Source: the human T2T-CHM13v2.0 reference genome, Homo sapiens. Taken from it: a stretch of 64,000 nt of DNA. Below, one piece after another: positions 38,236-50,600 of the stretch. Position numbers and translations under genes: made by a program. Location of the stretch: assembly GCF_009914755.1 (NCBI RefSeq), contig NC_060930.1. One strand, given 5' to 3'. The notes under the pieces were generated by a model that did no database searches, was not told the origin of the DNA, and saw only the letters and a list, made by a program, of their open reading frames with translations. Each line of letters starts with the position of its first letter. Positions within the stretch are counted from its first letter, which is position 1.

Positions 38236-40786
38236 AGAAACTTCCTTGTGATGTGTGCATTCAACTCAGCGAGTGGCACCTTCCTTTGGATACAGCAGTT
38301 TTGAAACACTGTTTTTGTAGTATTTCCAAGCGGATATTTAGAGCGCCTTGAAGCCTATGCTAGAAATGGAAATATCTCCCCATAAAACCAAGACGGAAGC
38401 AATCTCAGAAACTAATGTGTGATGGCTGCATTCCACACACACGGTGGACCATTTCTCTTGATAGAGCAGTTTTGAAACACTCTTTCTGTAGAATCTGCAA
38501 GTGGATAATTGGACCTCCTAGAGGCCTTCGTTGGAAACGGGATTTCTTCATCTAAACCTACAGAGAAGAATTCTCAGTAACTTCTTCGGATGTGTGCATT
38601 CGACGCACAGAATGGAACATTCCCTTTGATAGAGCAGTTTTGAGACACCGTTTTTGTAGAATTCCCAAGTGGATATTTAGAGCACTTTGAAGTCTCTGCT
38701 AGAAAAGGAAACATCTTCATGTAAAAAGTAGATAGAATCGTTCTCAGAAAGTGCTTAATGACGTGTGCGTTCAACTCACAGAGTTTAACGTTTCTTTTGA
38801 TAGAGCGTTTCTGAAACACCCTTCTTGTAGTAGCTGCAAGTGGATATTTGGACCTATTGGAGGCCTTCTTTGGAAATGGGATTTCTTCATGTAACTCTAG
38901 ATTGAAGAGTTCTCAGAAACTCCTTTGTGATGTGTGCATTCAATTCAAAGAGTGAAACCTCCCTTTTCACAGAGCAGTTTTGAAACACTGTTTTTGTAGG
39001 ATTTCCAAGGGGATATTTATAGCGCATTGAGCCTACGGCGGAAAAAGAAACATCTTCCTATAAAAACTAGACAGAATACTTCTCAGAATCTGCTTTGCGA
39101 TGTGTGCGTTCAACTCACAGAGTAAAACTTTTCTTTTGATAGAGCAGTTTTGAAACACTCTTTTTGTAGTATTTGCATGTGTATATTTAGAGCGCTTTGA
39201 AGCCCACAGTAGAAAAGGAAGTAACTTCACCTAAAACCTAGACAGAAGCAATCACAGAAACTACTTTGTGATGTGTACATTCAACTCACAGAGTGGAACT
39301 TTCCTCTTTATAGAGCAGTGTTGAAACACTCTTTTTGTAGAAACTGCAAGTGGATATTTGGACCTCTTTGAGGCCTTCGTTGGAAACGGGATTTCTTCCT
39401 ATAACCCTAGACAGAAGAATTTTCAGAAACCTCATTGTGATGTGTGCGTTCATCTCACAGAGTGGAGTCTTCCGTTTGATAGAGAAGTTTTGAAACCCTG
39501 TTCTTGTAGGATTTCCAAGTGGATATTTAGACCACTTTGAAGCCTATGATAGAAAAGGAAACATCTTCATGGAAAACATAGATAGAATCATCCTCAGAAA
39601 CAACTTTGTGATGTGTGCGTTGAACTCACCGTCTTTAACCTTTCTTTTGGTAGAGAAGTTTTGAAACACTCTCTTTGTAAAGTCTACAAGTGGATATTTT
39701 GAGCCCTTGGAGGCATTCTTTGGAAAAGGGAATGTCTTCACATAAAAGGCAGACGGAAGTGTTCTCAGAAACTGCTTTGTGATGTCTGTGTTCAACTCAC
39801 AGAGTTTAACATTTCCTTTGATAGAGCGGTTTAGTAACCCTCTCTTTGTAGAATTTGGAAGTGTATACTAAGAGCGCTTTGAGGCCTATGGTAGAAAAGG
39901 AAATATCTTTCCATAAAAGCTAGACAGAAGCAATCTCAGAAACTCCTCTGTGATGTCTGCATTCAACTCACCGAGTGGAACATTCCTCTTGAGAGAGCAG
40001 TTTGGAAACACTCTTTCTGTAGAATCAGCTTGTTTGTATTTGGACCTCCTTGAGGCCTTCGTTGGAAACGGGTTTTCATCTTATAAACCCAGACAGAAGA
40101 ATTCTCAGAGTCTTCTTTGTGATGTGTGCTTTCAACTCACCGAGATAAAGATTTCTCTTGATAGAGCAATTTGGAAACACTCTTTTTGTAGAATTTGCAA
40201 GGGTACATTGAGAGCGCTTTCAGGCCTATGGTAGAAAAGGGAATATCTTTCCATAAAAGGTAGACAGAAGCAATCTCAGAAACTACTTTGTGATGTGTGC
40301 ATTCAACTCACCGAGTGCAACGTTCCTCTTGACCGAGCAGTTTGGAAACATTGTTTCTGTAGAATCTGCAAGTGGATATTTGGACCTCTTTGAGGCCTTC
40401 GTTGGAAACGGGATTTCTTCCTATAAACCCAGACAGAAGAATTCTCAGAGACTTCTTTGTGATGTGTGAATTCAACTCACAGTGTGGATCCTTCCTTTTG
40501 ATAGAGCAGTTTTGAAGCCCTGTTTTTGTAGTATTTCCAAGCGGATATTTGGAACGCCTTGAAGCGTATGGTAGAAAAGGAAATATCTTCCCATAAAACC
40601 TAGACAGAACCAATCTCAGAAACGACTTTGTGATGTCTGCATTCAAGTCACAGAGTTGAACATTTCTCTTGATAGAGCAGTTTTGAAACCCTCTTTCTGA
40701 AGGATCTGCAAGTGGATATTTGGAACTCCTTTGGGTCTTCGTTGGAAACGGGATTTCTTCGTATAAATCTAGACAGAAGAATTCTC

Positions 40787-41292
40787 CGAAACTTCTTTGG
40801 TTGTGTGCATTCAAGTCACAGAGTGGAACCTTCCTTTGGATAGAGCAGTTTGAAACGCCGTGGTTGTAGTATTTCCAAGCGGATATTAGAGCGCCTTGAG
40901 GCCTATGGTAGAAAAGGAAATATCTTCCCATAAAACCTAGACGGAAGCAATCTCAGAAACTACTGTGTGATGGCTGCATTCCACACACACGGTGGAACAT
41001 TTCTCTTGATAGAGCAGTTTTGAAACACTCTTTCTGTAGAATCTGCAAGTGGATAATTGGACCGCCTTGAGGCCTTCGTTGGAAACGGGATTTCTTCATG
41101 TTACTCTAGATAGAAGAATTCTCAAACACTGCTATGTGATGTTTGCATTCAAGTCACAGAGTGCAACTTTCCTCTTGGTAGAGCAGTTGGGAAACACTCC
41201 TTTTGTAGAATCTGCAATGGGATATTTGGACTTCTTTGAGGCCTTCGTTGGAAACGGGATTTCTTCGTATGAATCTAGACAGAAGAATTCTC
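40787..41292 (+). repeat. 18-mer-specific trimer, copy 6
   Basis: Same diagnostic sequence at 40787. Confidence 0.95.
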
Positions 41293-41630
41293 AGAAACTT
41301 CCTTGTGATGTGTGCATTCAACTCAGCGAGTGGCACCTTCCTTTGGATACAGCAGTTTTGAAACACTGTTTTTGTAGTATTTCCAAGCGGATATTTAGAG
41401 CGCCTTGAAGCCTATGCTAGAAATGGAAATATCTCCCCATAAAACCAAGACGGAAGCAATCTCAGAAACTAATGTGTGATGGCTGCATTCCACACACACG
41501 GTGGACCATTTCTCTTGATAGAGCAGTTTTGAAACACTCTTTCTGTAGAATCTGCAAGTGGATAATTGGACCTCCTAGAGGCCTTCGTTGGAAACGGGAT
41601 TTCTTCATCTAAACCTACAGAGAAGAATTC

Positions 41631-44600
41631 TCAGTAACTTCTTCGGATGTGTGCATTCGACGCACAGAATGGAACATTCCCTTTGATAGAGCAGTTTTGA
41701 GACACCGTTTTTGTAGAATTCCCAAGTGGATATTTAGAGCACTTTGAAGTCTCTGCTAGAAAAGGAAACATCTTCATGTAAAAAGTAGATAGAATCGTTC
41801 TCAGAAAGTGCTTAGTGACGTGTGCGTTCAACTCACAGAGTTTAACGTTTCTTTTGATAGAGCGTTTCTGAAACACCCTTCTTGTAGTAGCTGCAAGTGG
41901 ATATTTGGACCTATTGGAGGCCTTCTTTGGAAATGGGATTTCTTCATGTAACTCTAGATTGAAGAGTTCTCAGAAACTCCTTTGTGATGTGTGCATTCAA
42001 TTCAAAGAGTGAAACCTCCCTTTTCACAGAGCAGTTTTGAAACACTGTTTTTGTAGGATTTCCAAGGGGATATTTATAGCGCATTGAGCCTACGGCGGAA
42101 AAAGAAACATCTTCCTATAAAAACTAGACAGAATACTTCTCAGAATCTGCTTTGCGATGTGTGCGTTCAACTCACAGAGTAAAACTTTTCTTTTGATAGA
42201 GCAGTTTTGAAACACTCTTTTTGTAGTATTTGCATGTGTATATTTAGAGCGCTTTGAAGCCCACAGTAGAAAAGGAAGTAACTTCACCTAAAACCTAGAC
42301 AGAAGCAATCACAGAAACTACTTTGTGATGTGTACATTCAACTCACAGAGTGGAACTTTCCTCTTTATAGAGCAGTGTTGAAACACTCTTTTTGTAGAAA
42401 CTGCAAGTGGATATTTGGACCTCTTTGAGGCCTTCGTTGGAAACGGGATTTCTTCCTATAACCCTAGACAGAAGAATTTTCAGAAACCTCATTGTGATGT
42501 GTGCGTTCATCTCACAGAGTGGAGTCTTCCGTTTGATAGAGAAGTTTTGAAACCCTGTTCTTGTAGGATTTCCAAGTGGATATTTAGACCACTTTGAAGC
42601 CTATGATAGAAAAGGAAACATCTTCATGGAAAACATAGATAGAATCATCCTCAGAAACAACTTTGTGATGTGTGCGTTGAACTCACCGTCTTTAACTTTT
42701 CTTTTGGTAGAGAAGTTTTGAAACACTCTCTTTGTAAAGTCTACAAGTGGATATTTTGAGCCCTTGGAGGCATTCTTTGGAAAAGGGAATGTCTTCACAT
42801 AAAAGGCAGACGGAAGTGTTCTCAGAAACTGCTTTGTGATGTCTGTGTTCAACTCACAGAGTTTAACATTTCCTTTGATAGAGCGGTTTAGTAACCCTCT
42901 CTTTGTAGAATTTGGAAGTGTATACTAAGAGCGCTTTGAGGCCTATGGTAGAAAAGGAAATATCTTTCCATAAAAGCTAGACAGAAGCAATCTCAGAAAC
43001 TCCTCTGTGATGTCTGCATTCAACTCACCGAGTGGAACATTCCTCTTGAGAGAGCAGTTTGGAAACACTCTTTCTGTAGAATCAGCTTGTTTGTATTTGG
43101 ACCTCCTCGAGGCCTTCGTTGGAAACGGGTTTTCATCTTATAAACCCAGACAGAAGAATTCTCAGAGTCTTCTTTGTGATGTGTGCTTTCAACTCACCGA
43201 GATAAAGATTTCTCTTGATAGAGCAATTTGGAAACACTCTTTTTGTAGAATTTGCAAGGGTACATTGAGAGCGCTTTCAGGCCTATGGTAGAAAAGGGAA
43301 TATCTTTCCATAAAAGGTAGACAGAAGCAATCTCAGAAACTACTTTGTGATGTGTGCATTCAACTCACCGAGTGCAACGTTCCTCTTGACCGAGCAGTTT
43401 GGAAACATTGTTTCTGTAGAATCTGCAAGTGGATATTTGGACCTCTTTGAGGCCTTCGTTGGAAACGGGATTTCTTCCTATAAACCCAGACAGAAGAATT
43501 CTCAGAGACTTCTTTGTGATGTGTGAATTCAACTCACAGTGTGGATCCTTCCTTTTGATAGAGCAGTTTTGAAACCCTGTTTTTGTAGTATTTCCAAGCG
43601 GATATTTGGAACGCCTTGAAGCGTATGGTAGAAAAGGAAATATCTTCCCATAAAACCTAGACAGAACCAATCTCAGAAACGACTTTGTGATGTCTGCATT
43701 CAAGTCACAGAGTTGAACATTTCTCTTGATAGAGCAGTTTTGAAACCCTCTTTCTGAAGGATCTGCAAGTGGATATTTGGAACTCCTTTGGGTCTTCGTT
43801 GGAAACGGGATTTCTTCGTATAAATCTAGACAGAAGAATTCTCAGAAACTTCCTTGTGATGTGTGCATTCAACTCAGCGAGTGGCACCTTCCTTTGGATA
43901 CAGCAGTTTTGAAACACTGTTTTTGTAGTATTTCCAAGCGGATATTTAGAGCGCCTTGAAGCCTATGCTAGAAATGGAAATATCTCCCCATAAAACCAAG
44001 ACGGAAGCAATCTCAGAAACTAATGTGTGATGGCTGCATTCCACACACACGGTGGACCATTTCTCTTGATAGAGCAGTTTTGAAACACTCTTTCTGTAGA
44101 ATCTGCAAGTGGATAATTGGACCTCCTAGAGGCCTTCGTTGGAAACGGGATTTCTTCATCTAAACCTACAGAGAAGTATTCTCAGTAACTTCTTCGGATG
44201 TGTGCATTCGACGCACAGAATGGAACATTCCCTTTGATAGAGCAGTTTTGAGACACCGTTTTTGTAGAATTCCCAAGTGGATATTTAGAGCACTTTGAAG
44301 TCTCTGCTAGAAAAGGAAACATCTTCATGTAAAAAGTAGATAGAATCGTTCTCAGAAAGTGCTTAGTGACGTGTGCGTTCAACTCACAGAGTTTAACGTT
44401 TCTTTTGATAGAGCGTTTCTGAAACACCCTTCTTGTAGTAGCTGCAAGTGGATATTTGGACCTATTGGAGGCCTTCTTTGGAAATGGGATTTCTTCATGT
44501 AACTCTAGATTGAAGAGTTCTCAGAAACTCCTTTGTGATGTGTGCATTGAATTCAAAGAGTGAAACCTCTCTTTTCACAGAGCAGTTTTGAAACACTGTT

Positions 44601-47600
44601 TTTGTAGGATTTCCAAGGGGATATTTATAGCGCATTGAGCCTACGGCGGAAAAAGAAACATCTTCCTATAAAAACTAGACAGAATACTTCTCAGAATCTG
44701 CTTTGCGATGTGTGCGTTCAACTCACAGAGTAAAACTTTTCTTTTGATAGAGCAGTTTTGAAACACTCTTTTTGTAGTATTTGCATGTGTATATTTAGAG
44801 CGCATTGAAGCCCACAGTAGAAAAGGAAATAACTTCACCTAAAACCTAGACAGAAGCAATCTCAGAAACTACTTTGTGATGTGTACATTCAACTCACAGA
44901 GTGGAACTTTCCTCTTTATAGAGCAGTGTTGAAACACTCTTTTTGTAGAAACTGCAAGTGGATATTTGGACCTCTTTGAGGCCTTCGTTGGAAACGGGAT
45001 TTCTTCCTATAACCCTAGACAGAAGAATTTTCAGAAACCTCATTGTGATGTGTGCGTTCATCTCACAGAGTGGAGTCTTCCGTTTGATAGAGAAGTTTTG
45101 AAACCCTGTTCTTGTAGGATTTCCAAGTGGATATTTAGACCACTTTGAAGCCTATGATAGAAAAGGAAACATCTTCATGGAAAACATAGATAGAATCATC
45201 CTCAGAAACAACTTTGTGATGTGTGCGTTGAACTCACCGTCTTTAACCTTTCTTTTGGTAGAGAAGTTTTGAAACACTCTCTTTGTAAAGTCTACAAGTG
45301 GATATTTTGAGCCCTTGGAGGCATTCTTTGGAAAAGGGAATGTCTTCACATAAAAGGCAGACGGAAGTGTTCTCAGAAACTGCTTTGTGATGTCTGTGTT
45401 CAACTCACAGAGTTTAACATTTCCTTTGATAGAGCGGTTTAGTAACCCTCTCTTTGTAGAATTTGGAAGTGTATACTAAGAGCGCTTTGAGGCCTATGGT
45501 AGAAAAGGAAATATCTTTCCATAAAAGCTAGACAGAAGCAATCTCAGAAACTCCTCTGTGATGTCTGCATTCAACTCACCGAGTGGAACATTCCTCTTGA
45601 TAGAGCAGTTTGGAAACACTCTTTCTGTAGAATCAGCTTGTTTGTATTTGGACCTCCTTGAGGCCTTCGTTGGAAACGGGTTTTCATCTTATAAACCCAG
45701 ACAGAAGAATTCTCAGAGTCTTCTTTGTGATGTGTGCTTTCAACTCACCGAGATAAAGATTTCTCTTGATAGAGCAATTTGGAAACACTCTTTTTGTAGA
45801 ATTTGCAAGGGTACATTGAGAGCGCTTTCAGGCCTATGGTAGAAAAGGGAATATCTTTCCATAAAAGGTAGACAGAAGCAATCTCAGAAACTACTTTGTG
45901 ATGTGTGCATTCAACTCACCGAGTGCAACGTTCCTCTTGACCGAGCAGTTTGGAAACATTGTTTCTGTAGAATCTGCAAGTGGATATTTGGACCTCTTTG
46001 AGGCCTTCGTTGGAAACGGGATTTCTTCCTATAAACCCAGACAGAAGAATTCTCAGAGACTTCTTTGTGATGTGTGAATTCAACTCACAGTGTGGATCCT
46101 TCCTTTTGATAGAGCAGTTTTGAAACCCTGTTTTTGTAGTATTTCCAAGCGGATATTTGGAACGCCTTGAAGCGTATGGTAGAAAAGGAAATATCTTCCC
46201 ATAAAATCTAGACAGAACCAATCTCAGAAACGACTTTGTGATGTCTGCATTCAAGTCACAGAGTTGAACATTTCTCTTGATAGAGCAGTTTTGAAACCCT
46301 CTTTCTGAAGGATCTGCAAGTGGATATTTGGAACTCCTTTGGGTCTTCGTTGGAAACGGGATTTCTTCGTATAAATCTAGACAGAAGAATTCTCAGAAAC
46401 TTCCTTGTGATGTGTGCATTCAACTCAGCGAGTGGCACCTTCCTTTGGATACAGCAGTTTTGAAACACTGTTTTTGTAGTATTTCCAAGCGGATATTTAG
46501 AGCGCCTTGAAGCCTATGCTAGAAATGGAAATATCTCCCCATAAAACCAAGACGGAAGCAATCTCAGAAACTAATGTGTGATGGCTGCATTCCACACACA
46601 CGGTGGACCATTTCTCTTGATAGAGCAGTTTTGAAACACTCTTTCTGTAGAATCTGCAAGTGGATAATTGGACCTCCTAGAGGCCTTCGTTGGAAACGGG
46701 ATTTCTTCATCTAAACCTACAGAGAAGTATTCTCAGTAACTTCTTCGGATGTGTGCATTCGACGCACAGAATGGAACATTCCCTTTGATAGAGCAGTTTT
46801 GAGACACCGTTTTTGTAGAATTCCCAAGTGGATATTTAGAGCACTTTGAAGTCTCTGCTAGAAAAGGAAACATCTTCATGTAAAAAGTAGATAGAATCGT
46901 TCTCAGAAAGTGCTTAGTGTCGTGTGCGTTCAACTCACAGAGTTTAACGTTTCTTTTGATAGAGCGTTTCTGAAACACCCTTCTTGTAGTAGCTGCAAGT
47001 GGATATTTGGACCTATTGGAGGCCTTCTTTGGAAATGGGATTTCTTCATGTAACTCTAGATTGAAGAATTCTCAGAAACTCCTTTGTGATGTGTGCATTC
47101 AATTCAAAGAGTGAAACCTCTCTTTTCACAGAGCAGTTTTGAAACACTGTTTTTGTAGGATTTCCAAGGGGATATTTATAGCGCATTGAGCCTACGGCGG
47201 AAAAAGAAACATCTTCCTATAAAAACTAGACAGAATACTTCTCAGAATCTGCTTTGCGATGTGTGCGTTCAACTCACAGAGTAAAACTTTTCTTTTGATA
47301 GAGCAGTTTTGAAACACTCTTTTTGTAGTATTTGCATGTGTATATTTAGAGCGCATTGAAGCCCACAGTAGAAAAGGAAATAACTTCACCTAAAACCTAG
47401 ACAGAAGCAATCACAGAAACTACTTTGTGATGTGTACATTCAACTCACAGAGTGGAACTTTCCTCTTTATAGAGCAGTGTTGAAACACTCTTTTTGTAGA
47501 AACTGCAAGTGGATATTTGGACCTCTTTGAGGCCTTCGTTGGAAACGGGATTTCTTCCTATAACCCTAGACAGAAGAATTTTCAGAAACCTCATTGTGAT

Positions 47601-50600
47601 GTGTGCGTTCATCTCACAGAGTGGAGTCTTCCGTTTGATAGAGAAGTTTTGAAACCCTGTTCTTGTAGGATTTCCAAGTGGATATTTAGACCACTTTGAA
47701 GCCTATGATAGAAAAGGAAACATCTTCATGGAAAACATAGATAGAATCATCCTCAGAAACAACTTTGTGATGTGTGCGTTGAACTCACCGTCTTTAACCT
47801 TTCTTTTGGTAGAGAAGTTTTGAAACACTCTCTTTGTAAAGTCTACAAGTGGATATTTTGAGCCCTTGGAGGCATTCTTTGGAAAAGGGAATGTCTTCAC
47901 ATAAAAGGCAGACGGAAGTGTTCTCAGAAACTGCTTTGTGATGTCTGTGTTCAACTCACAGAGTTTAACATTTCCTTTGATAGAGCGGTTTAGTAACCCT
48001 CTCTTTGTAGAATTTGGAAGTGTATACTAAGAGCGCTTTGAGGCCTATGGTAGAAAAGGAAATATCTTTCCATAAAAGCTAGACAGAAGCAATCTCAGAA
48101 ACTCCTCTGTGATGTCTGCATTCAACTCACCGAGTGGAACATTCCTCTTGAGAGAGCAGTTTGGAAACACTCTTTCTGTAGAATCAGCTTGTTTGTATTT
48201 GGACCTCCTTGAGGCCTTCGTTGGAAACGGGTTTTCATCTTATAAACCCAGACAGAAGAATTCTCAGAGTCTTCTTTGTGATGTGTGCTTTCAACTCACC
48301 GAGATAAAGATTTCTCTTGATAGAGCAATTTGGAAACACTCTTTTTGTAGAATTTGCAAGGGTACATTGAGAGCGCTTTCAGGCCTATGGTAGAAAAGGG
48401 AATATCTTTCCATAAAAGGTAGACAGAAGCAATCTCAGAAACTACTTTGTGATGTGTGCATTCAACTCACCGAGTGCAACGTTCCTCTTGACCGAGCAGT
48501 TTGGAAACATTGTTTCTGTAGAATCTGCAAGTGGATATTTGGACCTCTTTGAGGCCTTCGTTGGAAACGGGATTTCTTCCTATAAACCCAGACAGAAGAA
48601 TTCTCAGAGACTTCTTTGTGATGTGTGAATTCAACTCACAGTGTGGATCCTTCCTTTTGATAGAGCAGTTTTGAAACCCTGTTTTTGTAGTATTTCCAAG
48701 CGGATATTTGGAACGCCTTGAAGCGTATGGTAGAAAAGGAAATATCTTCCCATAAAACCTAGACAGAACCAATCTCAGAAACGACTTTGTGATGTCTGCA
48801 TTCAAGTCACAGAGTTGAACATTTCTCTTGATAGAGCAGTTTTGAAACCCTCTTTCTGAAGGATCTGCAAGTGGATATTTGGAACTCCTTTGGGTCTTCG
48901 TTGGAAACGGGATTTCTTCGTATAAATCTAGACAGAAGAATTCTCAGAAACTTCCTTGTGATGTGTGCATTCAACTCAGCGAGTGGCACCTTCCTTTGGA
49001 TACAGCAGTTTTGAAACACTGTTTTTGTAGTATTTCCAAGCGGATATTTAGAGCGCCTTGAAGCCTATGCTAGAAATGGAAATATCTCCCCATAAAACCA
49101 GGACGGAAGCAATCTCAGAAACTAATGTGTGATGGCTGCATTCCACACACACGGTGGACCATTTCTCTTGATAGAGCAGTTTTGAAACACTCTTTCTGTA
49201 GAATCTGCAAGTGGATAATTGGACCTCCTAGAGGCCTTCGTTGGAAACGGGATTTCTTCATCTAAACCTACAGAGAAGTATTCTCAGTAACTTCTTCGGA
49301 TGTGTGCATTCGACGCACAGAATGGAACATTCCCTTTGATAGAGCAGTTTTGAGACACCGTTTTTGTAGAATTCCCAAGTGGATATTTAGAGCACTTTGA
49401 AGTCTCTGCTAGAAAAGGAAACATCTTCATGTAAAAAGTAGATAGAATCGTTCTCAGAAAGTGCTTAGTGTCGTGTGCGTTCAACTCACAGAGTTTAACG
49501 TTTCTTTTGATAGAGCGTTTCTGAAACACCCTTCTTGTAGTAGCTGCAAGTGGATATTTGGACCTATTGGAGGCCTTCTTTGGAAATGGGATTTCTTCAT
49601 GTAACTCTAGAGTGAAGAATTCTCAGAAACTCCTTTGTGATGTGTGCATTCAATTCAAAGAGTGAAACCTCTCTTTTCACAGAGCAGTTTTGAAACACTG
49701 TTTTTGTAGGATTTCCAAGGGGATATTTATAGCGCATTGAGCCTACGGCGGAAAAAGAAACATCTTCCTATAAAAACTAGACAGAATACTTCTCAGAATC
49801 TGCTTTGCGATGTGTGCGTTCAACTCACAGAGTAAAACTTTTCTTTTGATAGAGCAGTTTTGAAACACTCTTTTTGTAGTATTTGCATGTGTATATTTAG
49901 AGCGCATTGAAGCCCACAGTAGAAAAGGAAATAACTTCACCTAAAACCTAGACAGAAGCAATCACAGAAACTACTTTGTGATGTGTACATTCAACTCACA
50001 GAGTGGAACTTTCCTCTTTATAGAGCAGTGTTGAAACACTCTTTTTGTAGAAACTGCAAGTGGATATTTGGACCTCTTTGAGGCCTTCGTTGGAAACGGG
50101 ATTTCTTCCTATAACCCTAGACAGAAGAATTTTCAGAAACCTCATTGTGATGTGTGCGTTCATCTCACAGAGTGGAGTCTTCCGTTTGATAGAGAAGTTT
50201 TGAAACCCTGTTCTTGTAGGATTTCCAAGTGGATATTTAGACCACTTTGAAGCCTATGATAGAAAAGGAAACATCTTCATGGAAAACATAGATAGAATCA
50301 TCCTCAGAAACAACTTTGTGATGTGTGCGTTGAACTCACCGTCTTTAACCTTTCTTTTGGTAGAGAAGTTTTGAAACACTCTCTTTGTAAAGTCTACAAG
50401 TGGATATTTTGAGCCCTTGGAGGCATTCTTTGGAAAAGGGAATGTCTTCACATAAAAGGCAGACGGAAGTGTTCTCAGAAACTGCTTTGTGATGTCTGTG
50501 TTCAACTCACAGAGTTTAACATTTCCTTTGATAGAGCGGTTTAGTAACCCTCTCTTTGTAGAATTTGGAAGTGTATACTAAGAGCGCTTTGAGGCCTATG

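Larger units (their letters stand above)
35517..41630 (+). repeat. Two tandem 18-mer HOR units U14-U15
   Basis: Spacings 35517->38574->41631; trimer present in both. Confidence 0.95.
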
